From the NCBI GenBank assembly GCA_963716175.1, contig OY970296.1, forward strand, positions 3,072,001-3,136,000: DNA of 64,000 nucleotides, written 5' to 3'. The notes below the pieces were generated by a model. It saw only the letters and a list, made by a program, of their open reading frames with translations, did no database searches and was not told where the DNA came from. The DNA is from an uncultured Armatimonadetes bacterium. Lineage in GTDB: Bacteria; Armatimonadota; Hebobacteria; Hebobacterales; Hebobacteraceae. A program made the position numbers and the translations under genes. The number at the start of each line of letters is the position of its first letter. The first letter of the stretch is position 1. Positions 9,504-18,650 of the stretch are shown here, in pieces.

Positions 9504-10205
9504 TCACTTTGCTTTCTTTGGGGACGCCTTCGGCTTCTCCGGCGCGGGGGGCGCAGGTGGCGCGGGTGCTTCGGCCTTCTTCTGGCCCATCGAGCGGAGG
9601 CTGAGAATGGCCGGCAACGAACCCCCACCCGCGCTGGCGATCTGCCCCAGCAGTTCCCCGAGTGGCTTGGTCGTGGTCACCAGGCCCACCACCATCTCAT
9701 TCTTGCCGTTCACTGCGAAGAAGAGACCTTTGGCTTCCCGCGCCAGCATGATCGAGACTGTCGTGTTCCCTTGATCTCGCACCGTCAGTAAGGGAGACCA
9801 GCCAAACGGGCTCAGCAGACCGCTGTAGTACGCGAGGAAATCAGCTCCCTCAACCGGGCCCTTAGCCCTCATCACCAGGATAGTAACCCGGCTCAGGCTC
9901 TTGATCGCCTCTTTTGCCGGGTCAACCATCGGCGCCACCGCAGGCAGCATCGCCAGCGGCCCCTCGGCTGGCTTGCCCGACTCCTTCATTGCTTTCGCCT
10001 GTTCCTGCGCCTGTGCCGCCGCCGCGTCCAGTATGCCGCCGATCAACTGCATCGCCGCTTCCCCGTTCACATCCACCTGGGTCTTGACCTCGACGCCTTG
10101 GTAAACCAGTTGATCGCTGGCGATCTCCGCCCCAGCCGCCGCGGCCGCGCTCGCCGTCGCGACCGCCAGCGCCAACACTACTGCCAGCATCCTCACGTTG
10201 CGCAT
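9504..10205 (-). CDS. Exported hypothetical protein
   Basis: GAGGTG RBS; signal peptide; Pro/Lys-rich tail. Confidence 0.75.
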   Translation of the reverse strand: MRNVRMLAVVLALAVATASAAAAAGAEIASDQLVYQGVEVKTQVDVNGEAAMQLIGGILDAAAAQAQEQAKAMKESGKPAEGPLAMLPAVAPMVDPAKEAIKSLSRVTILVMRAKGPVEGADFLAYYSGLLSPFGWSPLLTVRDQGNTTVSIMLAREAKGLFFAVNGKNEMVVGLVTTTKPLGELLGQIASAGGGSLPAILSLRSMGQKKAEAPAPPAPPAPEKPKASPKKAK

Positions 10206-10307
10206 GCTCGCACCTCGCCTTTCCTCCCTGCCAGGAGGGTTATGGGATCACAGCTAGATACGGGAATTCGGGCCCGCGGGTTTCATCCTTATGTCCGCCT
10301 GCCGGCT

Positions 10308-10874
10308 TCAGGCCGGCACCTTGTCGAAGATCACCTCGCATGGCGCCCGATGGAGCAGCGCATCCGCGGTCCTTCCCCAGCCTGCGTGGCTGTGGTCCCG
10401 GCTTGGCCCCAGGCCGGTGACGATCACGTCGGCCCGGTGGTCTTTGACCGCCGCGATGATGCCATCCCCGGCGGTGCGGGCGCGCTGGACGATGGTGCGC
10501 GCGGGCAGGTTGTGCAGGGTGACCACCTGGCGGCCGATCTCCAGGGCTTCCCGGGCTTCTCTTTCGGTCTGCTCCAGCGGCGCCCCCAGGGGCAGTGTGC
10601 GCGGCACTTCGATCACATACACCAAGAGGATGGCGGCCTGCTGCTCTTGCGCCAGGCGGCAGGCCAGCTCCACTCCGCGTTGCGAGTGGGGGGCGCCGGT
10701 GGTGGGGACCAGGATGAGTCGTGCCATGTCCAGGGAGCGGCGGGCCTTGGCCACCAGTGGGGCGACCGGCCTGGGCACCCGGAACATCCACAACATCACC
10801 CCACCCATAGCCACCGCGAAGGCGATGGCTACCAGGACGCCCAGGGAGGAGGTGTGTACCGGGACTTCCATCAA
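10308..10874 (-). CDS. Universal stress protein with N-terminal membrane anchor (copy 2)
   Basis: ILVPT.G, LLVYVIEVP, D.IVTG, G.TADALLHRAPCEV; paralogue of 12768-13331. Confidence 0.88.
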   Translation of the reverse strand: MMEVPVHTSSLGVLVAIAFAVAMGGVMLWMFRVPRPVAPLVAKARRSLDMARLILVPTTGAPHSQRGVELACRLAQEQQAAILLVYVIEVPRTLPLGAPLEQTEREAREALEIGRQVVTLHNLPARTIVQRARTAGDGIIAAVKDHRADVIVTGLGPSRDHSHAGWGRTADALLHRAPCEVIFDKVPA

Positions 10875-11068
10875 GAGGCTCGATTCGCTCGCAGGGCGCG
10901 CAGGATGTACCGCGCCCGGTAGAGCCCGTATCCCACGAAGGCAAACGCGAGCACATAGCTCTCAATCGGCGCGCTCAGCAGCGCGCACCGCGCCAGCATC
11001 ACCACCCCGATCAAGATGAAGAGCACGGTGGTCGCGATCTGGTACTTGTCACGCCAGCTGAGCTTCAT
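10871..11068 (-). CDS. Small two-TM membrane protein
   Basis: MKLSWRDKYQIATTVLFILIG...; 4-bp overlaps with both neighbours. Confidence 0.65.
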   Translation of the reverse strand: MKLSWRDKYQIATTVLFILIGVVMLARCALLSAPIESYVLAFAFVGYGLYRARYILRALRANRAS

Positions 11069-12678
11069 GGCGCGGTGTCCATCCTCGCTCGATCCCGTGC
11101 CGCCAGCGCCCCGCGATAGCGCTCCAGCAGATCGTACTCCTCTGCGCTCTCGAGCACTTCCTGCTGCTGTCCCTCCCAATCATGGGGAAGCGAACGCCAC
11201 ACGGGAAGCTTGCTCCGGTAGCGATAGATAGTGTAGTAGAGGAAGCAGGCCAGCAGCCACGAGGGCCCGGCGATCCGGCCGATCTCGTGAGTCGCCACCA
11301 CCATGAACAGGATGAGGCTGACCCCGAGCGTCCCGAAGATCGCCAGTACCGGGAACTCGACCGTCTGTCCACCCCGCCGCAGCTTGAGGTTCAGCGGGAC
11401 CTTGTAAGGGCGGGGAGAGAAGGGGTCGGTGAAACGCAACCGGATCAGCGAGATGAACACCAACAGATAGCCCGTGCTGGCCCCGAACGCGTACATGTTA
11501 CCCAGTATCTCCAGCGCCCGATTCCTTCCCGCCAGAAATGCCAGCACGATCTCCAGGATGCCGATGCTGGAGAAGATGAGGATGGTCCGGGCCGGAGTGC
11601 GATAGCGAGGATGCACCACGTCAAACCACTGGCTGATGAACTGGAACCGGCTCATGGAGAAAGTGAGCCGGGAGGCGCTCATCACCCCCGAGTTAGCGCT
11701 GATCAGCAAGATGGTGGCCCCGAGCATAGCAGCAAACGGCCCGGCGACGATCCCGATGTAGGGAATGTGGCGCGCCAGCATCGCCACCGGGTCTCCCTCC
11801 CGGCCCTGGAATGCTTGCCAGGGCAGCACGCCCAGGCTCAAGCTGGAGAAGGCGGTGGCGAAGAAGAACACCGTCAGGATGAGGGAGATGGAGGTCCGCG
11901 GCACGATGCTGGCCGGCCGGCGCGTCTCCTGCGCCGCCTGAGAGATGGATTCCAGCCCCACGAAGGAGATGATCGCCAGGCTGGCGCCGTAGGCGAACCG
12001 GTGCCAGTTCCAGTGCGCGATCTCGACGTGCCACTGGTGGGCGAGAAGCTCCGGCCGCCAGGCGAAGAGAAAACCAAAGATGATGATGCTGGACTCAGAG
12101 ACGATGTCCACTGCTCCCAGCACCTCGTTCAAGAGCGAGGACTCGCGCATGCCCTTGATATTCAGCAGGATCAACAGGATCACCAGCACCACCGCCTCCG
12201 CACACCAGATGATGGCCACATCGTGGAAGGGCCCGATGCTGACGCTGATCTTGCCCAGCGCGGGGAAGAGGAAGTTGATATACCCGGAGGAGGCCACCGC
12301 GAACAGAGCGATATCTATGGTGTAGTCCAGCAGCAGCGCCGAGCCAGCCATGAAGCCCCAGAAATCACCCAGACCGCGCAAGGCGAAATACTGACCCCCG
12401 CCCGCCACCGGGTAGGTTGCCGCCAGCTCGGTGTAGGCCAACCCGATCATGATGTAGATCAGGCCGGCCAGCGCGAACGCCGCCACCGCACCGCCTTGCG
12501 CGGCGGCGATCACCAATCCCAGCGCGGCGTAGATGTCGGCGCCGACATCGGCGTATCCCCACATATAGGAGCCCCAGATGGTGACCTCGCGCCGCAGGTC
12601 CAGAGAAGGCCTGCCGGCGGTCAGCCCGGGTCCCCCATCGGCTTCTGCTTGCGCTCTCGGTACGGAATCAGACATCAC
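11065..12678 (-). CDS. APC family (amino acid/cation) permease (copy 2)
   Basis: YTELAATYPVAGG, SFVGLESISQAAQE, SASRLTFSMSR; about 12 TM. Confidence 0.9.
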   Translation of the reverse strand: MMSDSVPRAQAEADGGPGLTAGRPSLDLRREVTIWGSYMWGYADVGADIYAALGLVIAAAQGGAVAAFALAGLIYIMIGLAYTELAATYPVAGGGQYFALRGLGDFWGFMAGSALLLDYTIDIALFAVASSGYINFLFPALGKISVSIGPFHDVAIIWCAEAVVLVILLILLNIKGMRESSLLNEVLGAVDIVSESSIIIFGFLFAWRPELLAHQWHVEIAHWNWHRFAYGASLAIISFVGLESISQAAQETRRPASIVPRTSISLILTVFFFATAFSSLSLGVLPWQAFQGREGDPVAMLARHIPYIGIVAGPFAAMLGATILLISANSGVMSASRLTFSMSRFQFISQWFDVVHPRYRTPARTILIFSSIGILEIVLAFLAGRNRALEILGNMYAFGASTGYLLVFISLIRLRFTDPFSPRPYKVPLNLKLRRGGQTVEFPVLAIFGTLGVSLILFMVVATHEIGRIAGPSWLLACFLYYTIYRYRSKLPVWRSLPHDWEGQQQEVLESAEEYDLLERYRGALAARDRARMDTAP

Positions 12679-12767
12679 TCAACTCAGTCTGGGCCGGCAA
12701 TGCCAGTGCCCAACAGCGGGTCCGCAAGGGGAAGCATCGGTCGGGCCAGGGTGCGCTGCCGCCCCGG

Positions 12768-13331
12768 TTACTCCAGCACCCGGTCGAATATCACCTCACA
12801 GGGCGCACGGTGGAGCAGGGCGTCTGCCGTGTGGCCCCAACCTAGGTGGCCGTGATCCCGGCCTGCGCCCAGGCCGGTGACTATCAGGTCAACTCGATGG
12901 TCCTTGGCAGCGGCGACAATGCCATCCCCGGCGGTGCGGGCGCGCTGCACGATGGTGCGGGCGGGCAGCTCGTGGAGGGTGACCACCTGGTGCCCGATCT
13001 CCAGCGCCTCCCGCGCCTCTTGCTCGGCCTTCTCCAGGGGGGCGCCCAGGGGCAGGGTGCGCGGCACCTCGATGACATAGACCAGGAGGATGGCCGCGCG
13101 GTGCTCCTGGGCCAGGCGGCACGCCAGCTCCACCCCGCGCTGGGAGTACGGCGAGCCGGTGGTGGGGACCAGGATCACCCGGGCCAGGTCCAGCGAGCGG
13201 CGGGCCTTCGCCACTACCGGGGCGACCGGCCGGGGCACCCTGAACATCCACAGCATCAAGGCTCCCAGTGCCACCCCGAACCCGAGGGCGATCAGGATCC
13301 CAGCCAGCGAGGTTTGAATGTGAGGGATCAT
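12768..13331 (-). CDS. Universal stress protein with N-terminal membrane anchor (copy 1)
   Basis: USP motifs as in copy 2; start placed at MIPHIQT by comparison with copy 2. Confidence 0.85.
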   Translation of the reverse strand: MIPHIQTSLAGILIALGFGVALGALMLWMFRVPRPVAPVVAKARRSLDLARVILVPTTGSPYSQRGVELACRLAQEHRAAILLVYVIEVPRTLPLGAPLEKAEQEAREALEIGHQVVTLHELPARTIVQRARTAGDGIVAAAKDHRVDLIVTGLGAGRDHGHLGWGHTADALLHRAPCEVIFDRVLE

Positions 13332-13389
13332 GGGCAGGTCCAGCAGGTGGTCGCTGCTGGCGGAGCGCGCTCCAGCGGCCGCAGCGACC

Positions 13390-15006
13390 TTACCCTGGCT
13401 CTCCTTCTCGCGCCCGGTCCCGGGCCGCCAGCGCCGCCCGGTAGCGTTCCAGTAGATCGAACTCCTCTGCATCCCGGAGCACTTCCTGCTGTTGCGCCTC
13501 CCAATCGTGAGGCACGCTGCGGAAGACGGGCAACTGGTGTCGGCTCCGGTACCAGGCATAGTAAGCGAAGCAAGCGACAATCCAGGCCGGCCCGGCGATG
13601 CGGCCGATGGCGTGGGTCAATATGACCATGAACAGAATGGCCCCGATCCCTGCGGCGCCGATCACCGCCATGATCGGGAACTCGTAGCTCTGCCCGCGCA
13701 GCCGGAGGCGAAGGTTGAGCGGCACCTTGTAGGGCCGAGGGGAAAAAGGGTCAATGAAGCGCAAGCGGATCAACGCGATGAACACCAGCAGGTAGCCCGT
13801 GCTGGCGCCGAAGGCATACATATTCCCCAGCGTATCCATCGCCCTGGGGCCGGTGAGGGAGGCGAGGATCACCTGCAAGGCGGCAATGCCGGAGAAGATG
13901 AAGATGGTGCGGGCCGGAGTTCGATACTTGGCGTGTACCGCGTTGAACCACTGGTCAATGAAGTGGAAGCGGCTCATGGAGTAGGTCAGCCGGGAGGCTG
14001 ACATCACCCCGGAGTTGGCCGAGATCAGCAGGATCAGCGCGCCCAGCACCGCGGTGAGCGGGCCGGCGATGTACCCGATGTACGGCATGGCATGGGCCAG
14101 CACGGCCACGGGGTTGTCCTGGTGTTTGCCCAGCAGTTGCCACGGATGCACCAGGTTGCCCTCGGCCGGGATCTGCATTCCCAGGCCGAGAGTGGCGAAG
14201 GCGGTGGCGAACAAGAAGACGCTGAAGATCAGGGCGATGGAGGTGCGGGGCACGATGGTGGCCGGCCGCCGGGTCTCCTGCGCCGCCTGGGAGATGGACT
14301 CCAGTCCTACGAAAGAGATGATGGCCAGCGAGGTGCCGTACATGAAATTCGAGGTGCTGGGGAATTGGTGCAGCCACTGGAAGGTGAAGATCTCGGGCCG
14401 CCACGCCGCCACGAAGCCGAACAGCACAATGCCGGCCTCGCTCGCGATCACCAGCACTCCGATCACCTCGTTCAGCAGCGACGACTCCCGAATCCCGCGG
14501 ATGTTCAGCCACACCAGGAATACGATCAGCACCAGAGACTCGCTCATCCAGACATACGGGATGTTGTGGAAGGGGCCGAAGCTGACCACGAGATCGCTGA
14601 TCTTGACCCCGAATAGGTACGGGAGGAAGAAGTTCACATACCCCGCGCAGGCCACCGTGAACAGCGCAATGTCTATGGTGTAATCCAGTAGCAGCGCCGA
14701 GCCGGCCACGAACCCCCAGAAATCGCCCAGACCGCGCAGGGCGAAGTATTGGCCGCCTCCGGCCACGGGATAGGTGGCCGCCAGCTCGGTGTAGGCCAGG
14801 CCGATCATGATGTAGACCAGGCCGGCCAGGGCGAAGGCCAGGCTGGTAGCGCCCTGAGCGTAGGCCATCACCAGCCCCAGGGCGACGTAGCTGTCGGCCC
14901 CCACGTCCGCAAACCCCCACATATAGGAGCCCCAGACGGTGACATCGCGTCGGAGCCCCTCGTCAGTGCCACCCCCAGCGGGCAGCGGTCCTCTCTGAGC
15001 GCTCAT
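13390..15006 (-). CDS. APC family permease (copy 1)
   Basis: Same APC motifs; GAGGA RBS. Confidence 0.9.
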   Translation of the reverse strand: MSAQRGPLPAGGGTDEGLRRDVTVWGSYMWGFADVGADSYVALGLVMAYAQGATSLAFALAGLVYIMIGLAYTELAATYPVAGGGQYFALRGLGDFWGFVAGSALLLDYTIDIALFTVACAGYVNFFLPYLFGVKISDLVVSFGPFHNIPYVWMSESLVLIVFLVWLNIRGIRESSLLNEVIGVLVIASEAGIVLFGFVAAWRPEIFTFQWLHQFPSTSNFMYGTSLAIISFVGLESISQAAQETRRPATIVPRTSIALIFSVFLFATAFATLGLGMQIPAEGNLVHPWQLLGKHQDNPVAVLAHAMPYIGYIAGPLTAVLGALILLISANSGVMSASRLTYSMSRFHFIDQWFNAVHAKYRTPARTIFIFSGIAALQVILASLTGPRAMDTLGNMYAFGASTGYLLVFIALIRLRFIDPFSPRPYKVPLNLRLRLRGQSYEFPIMAVIGAAGIGAILFMVILTHAIGRIAGPAWIVACFAYYAWYRSRHQLPVFRSVPHDWEAQQQEVLRDAEEFDLLERYRAALAARDRAREGEPG

Positions 15007-15067
15007 TCCTCGGACAAGTCCAACCTACTGCGGTTCCTCTCCTGCCATTGCCGGAGAAAGTCCGTTG

Positions 15068-15095
15068 AGTATAGGTCTTGGCCGGTAGCTGTCAA
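15068..15095 (-). promoter_or_regulatory. Sigma70 promoter of the APC/USP operon
   Basis: TTGACA, 16 nt, TATACT on the minus strand. Confidence 0.6.
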
Positions 15096-15249
15096 GCCCC
15101 GCTGCCACCGGCTTCTCTGCTCAAGCTGTGAAACCTGCGGATCGTAAGCCGCGCCTTGATTGCCCGCGCCCGGCCATTGTGGTATCCTCTCTCCGCTGGG
15201 CAGGGCGCCGGAGGCGACCTGCCCCTCTCGTTCGAGGTTCGCGCCGACC

Positions 15250-17382
15250 ATGCCGCGCTTTGTGCTCGAGATCGGAACAGAGGAGATCCCGCCGCGCTAC
15301 TTCCCGGTGGCCCTGCCGCAACTCAAGGCCGACGGCGAGGCGATGCTGGCGCGCGCCCGGCTCAGCTTTCGGGAGGTGAGAGTCTACGGCACTCCTCGGC
15401 GGCTCGCGCTGATCGCGGAGGAGATGGCCGCCGTTCAGGCTCCGGCGGTGAGAGAGGAGCGCGGCCCCGCCGCCCGGGTCGCGTTCGACGCCGAAGGCAA
15501 GCCCACCAAGGCCGCCATCGGCTTCGCCCGGCGCCATGGGCTCGCGCCGCAGGACTTGGTGACCAAGCAGACCGACCAGGGCGAATACGTCTTCGCCGTG
15601 ATCCAGGAGCCCGAGGCCCCGGCAAAGGATGCCCTGGCCCCACTCCTACCTGCGCTCATTACCGGCATTCCCTTCCCGAAGGCCATGCGCTGGGGACGCG
15701 GCGCCCTCCGCTTCGGCCGCCCCATCCGCTGGCTGCTGGCCCTGGTGGATGACCAGGTGGTGGAGTTCGAGCTGGATGGAATCAAGAGCGGCCGGCTGAC
15801 GCGGGGCCACCCGGCGCTGGCCGATGGGATGTTTGAGGTGAGGAGCGCGGGAGAGTATGAGGGGGTGCTGAAGGAGCGCAAGGTGGTCATATCTGCGGCC
15901 GAGCGCGAGGGAAACATCTTCAGCCAGCTCCAGACGATAGCGACTGCGGAAGGTGGTGAAGCGGTTGGTGTTGAGCCCGAGTACTGGCACCGCCGTTCCG
16001 AGTTGGCGCTGGATGTGATTGTTCATGACCGCGATAGGTTCGAACAAGAAATGAGCGAGAGCTTGCTCACCCAGACAGCCTTTCTGGTTGAGCAGCCAAC
16101 CGCGGCGAAGGGCAGCTTCGATGCAGCGTTTCTCACCCTCCCCCCGCCGGTGCTCGAAGCCGAGATGATAGATGTGCAAAGCTACTTCCCTCTTGCAGAC
16201 GCGCAAGGAAGGCTTCTGCCCACCTTCATCGCGGTCCGCGACGGGGGCAGAGATTACCTCGAGACTGTGGTGGAGGGCTGGCAGAACGTGCTCCGCGCCA
16301 AGCTCATAGACGCCAAGTACTTCTACGAGCAGGACCTGAAGAGACCCCTCGCAGACCGGGTCGAGGACCTCAGCGGCGTCGTCTTCCATGAACTCGCCGG
16401 CACCATGTACGACAAGATGGAGGCTGTCCGCCGCACTGCCCAGGAGGCCGCCAGCCAGCTCGGGCTCGAGGACGAGGCGAAGACTCTCGATCGCGCCGCC
16501 TATCTCTGCAAGGCCGACCTCACCACTGAGCTCGTCCGCGAACTGCCAAACCTGCAGGGCGTGATGGGTGGTATCTACGCGAGGTGTTCCGGCGAGTCGG
16601 ACGAGGTGGCCAACGCCATCGTAGAGCACTACCATCCGCGCTTCGCAGGCGACGACCTGCCCGTTTCGCCAGTGGGTCGTGCTCTAGCGCTCTCCGATAA
16701 GTTTAGCACCCTCGCCGTGCTCGTCGCCGTTGCCGGAGTCTCGTCAGGCTCCACTGATCCCTATGGGCTTCGCAGAGAGGCTTCGGGCGTAGTCCGCATT
16801 GCTGTCGAGATTGGCCGCCCAGGATCCGTCCGGCGGCTGGTAGAACGAGCGTTGGGGCGACTCGCACAGCAGGCCCCGACGGCAGTTGACCAGGTGATGG
16901 ACTTCCTGCGGCAGCGGCTCGAGACCCATCTGCGGCAGGAGGCGGGCATCCGCTACGACCTGGTGCAAGCCGCGCTGGCGGTGGGAGCGGATGATATCCG
17001 CCTCGCCTCCGCTCGCGCCCACGCGCTGGATCTGCTGAGCGCGCACGAGGATTTCTTGCCCACCGTCATCGCCACCACCCGTGTCAGCAACATCGTGAAG
17101 GGCTTCGAGGGCGGCGAGCCCGACCCCGCTCTGTTCCGGGAGGAGGCCGAGACGGGACTCTGGCAGGCCTACCAGCAAGCGCTGCGGGAGGCCGAGACGG
17201 CCAATCTCATGGAGTTGTTCGGCCTCTTCGGCCGCCTCCGAGAGCCCATCAACCGCTACTTCGACGAAGTGCTGGTGATGCACGAGGATGAGAAGATCAG
17301 GCGCAACCGGCTGGCGATGTGCTGGCAGATCAACCAGCTCTTCCGCCGCCTCGCCGATTTCACGCTGATCGTGCAGGTGTAG
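15250..17382 (+). CDS. glyS: Glycine--tRNA ligase beta subunit
   Basis: LEIGTEEIPP, GTPRRL, KAMRWG...RPIRW, LCKADL.T..V.E.P.LQG.MG, EHYHP, GSTDPYGLRR, IRRNRL. Confidence 0.95.
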   Translation: MPRFVLEIGTEEIPPRYFPVALPQLKADGEAMLARARLSFREVRVYGTPRRLALIAEEMAAVQAPAVREERGPAARVAFDAEGKPTKAAIGFARRHGLAPQDLVTKQTDQGEYVFAVIQEPEAPAKDALAPLLPALITGIPFPKAMRWGRGALRFGRPIRWLLALVDDQVVEFELDGIKSGRLTRGHPALADGMFEVRSAGEYEGVLKERKVVISAAEREGNIFSQLQTIATAEGGEAVGVEPEYWHRRSELALDVIVHDRDRFEQEMSESLLTQTAFLVEQPTAAKGSFDAAFLTLPPPVLEAEMIDVQSYFPLADAQGRLLPTFIAVRDGGRDYLETVVEGWQNVLRAKLIDAKYFYEQDLKRPLADRVEDLSGVVFHELAGTMYDKMEAVRRTAQEAASQLGLEDEAKTLDRAAYLCKADLTTELVRELPNLQGVMGGIYARCSGESDEVANAIVEHYHPRFAGDDLPVSPVGRALALSDKFSTLAVLVAVAGVSSGSTDPYGLRREASGVVRIAVEIGRPGSVRRLVERALGRLAQQAPTAVDQVMDFLRQRLETHLRQEAGIRYDLVQAALAVGADDIRLASARAHALDLLSAHEDFLPTVIATTRVSNIVKGFEGGEPDPALFREEAETGLWQAYQQALREAETANLMELFGLFGRLREPINRYFDEVLVMHEDEKIRRNRLAMCWQINQLFRRLADFTLIVQV

Positions 17383-17502
17383 GGCGGGCATGCCCATGCC
17401 CGCCGGGCAGGTCGCGGACCTGCCCTACCCGTTGGGCCGGAAAGGTGTGTTGTAGGGCGGCCATGCGCAGGTCGCCTCTCGCGACCAAGCATCGCCGCCG
17501 GG
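17379..17502. repeat. Cluster of GTAG-type REP hairpins (head-to-head pair plus an expanded copy)
   Basis: GTAGGGCGGGCATGCCCATGCCCGCC; GGGCAGGTCGCGGACCTGCCCTAC; GTAGGGCGGCCATG...CATCGCCGCCGGG. Confidence 0.8.
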
Positions 17503-17518
17503 CACCGGCATCACCGAG

Positions 17519-18569
17519 ATGATGACGCCACGCGAAGAACGCGAGCAACTTGAAGACCAGATCCTCTCCCCGCTCTCCGCGCGGAGCGCTCACAGCCGCG
17601 GCCGGGAACGCCCCGAGGACCCCTGCCCCATCCGCACCGCCTTCCAGCGAGACCGCGACCGCATCATCCACTCCAAGGCCTTCCGCCGCCTCACCTACAA
17701 AACCCAGGTGTTCATAGCCCCGGAGGCGGATCACTTCCGCACTCGCCTCACCCATAGCCTGGAGGTGGCGCAGATCGCCCGCACCATCGCCCGCGCCCTG
17801 CGCCTGAACGAAGACCTGACCGAGGCCATCGCGCTGGGCCACGACCTCGGGCACACTCCCTTCGGGCACGCCGGAGAGTGGGCGCTGGAAGCGGCCTACC
17901 GCGAGTTCGACCCCGAGGGCCCGCTTCCGCCATGCCGAGCAGAGCCTGCGCGTAGTGCAGGTGCTGGAGAAAGACGGGGAGGGCCTGAACCTCACCTGGG
18001 AGGTGAGGGATGGCATCGCCAACCACAGCAAGGGAATGGAGGATCTGCCGAGAGAGGCCGGCTCCGGCCCCGCCACGCTGGAGGGGGAGGTGGTGATGTA
18101 TGCGGATCGGGTGGGCTACATCAACCACGACATAGACGATGCCATCCGGGCCGGGCTGATCACTGCCGCGTCTCTTCCCCCGGAGTGCATCTCCGTGCTG
18201 GGAGACACCCATGCCCGCCGCATCACCACCATGGTCAGCGACATCGTCCAGCACAGCCAGGGCCAGCCCGCCCTCGCCATGGGAGCGGGAGTCCAGCATG
18301 CCACCAACTGCCTGAAGGACTTCCTGTTCGACCGGGTTTACACCTCCGGCGGGACGGAAGAGGCGGCCCAGGTAGAGCGTGTGATCGAGCACCTGTTCCG
18401 GTTCTACATGGAGCGCCCGGAGCAGGTGCCGGGCGGCCGGGAAGCGGCCGGCGACCAGCGCCGGCTGGCGCGCGTTGTCTGTGATTACCTGGCGGGCATG
18501 ACTGACCGCTTCGCCGCCCAGCAGTTCCTCCAGTTCTTCCTGCCGCGTCGCTGGTGGCGGGGAGCCTGA
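17519..18569 (+). CDS. dgt: Deoxyguanosinetriphosphate triphosphohydrolase (HD domain), frameshift near 17918
   Basis: [41 protein letters not shown]; after removing one G: [30 protein letters not shown]. Confidence 0.9.
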
Positions 18570-18650
18570 GGGGCCGCGACTTTCGCTGGCCCCGAGTGTC
18601 GGTGATAATAGGGAGGGTGTGCCCGCGCGGAGGCTCTTGTCGGGGGCTCT

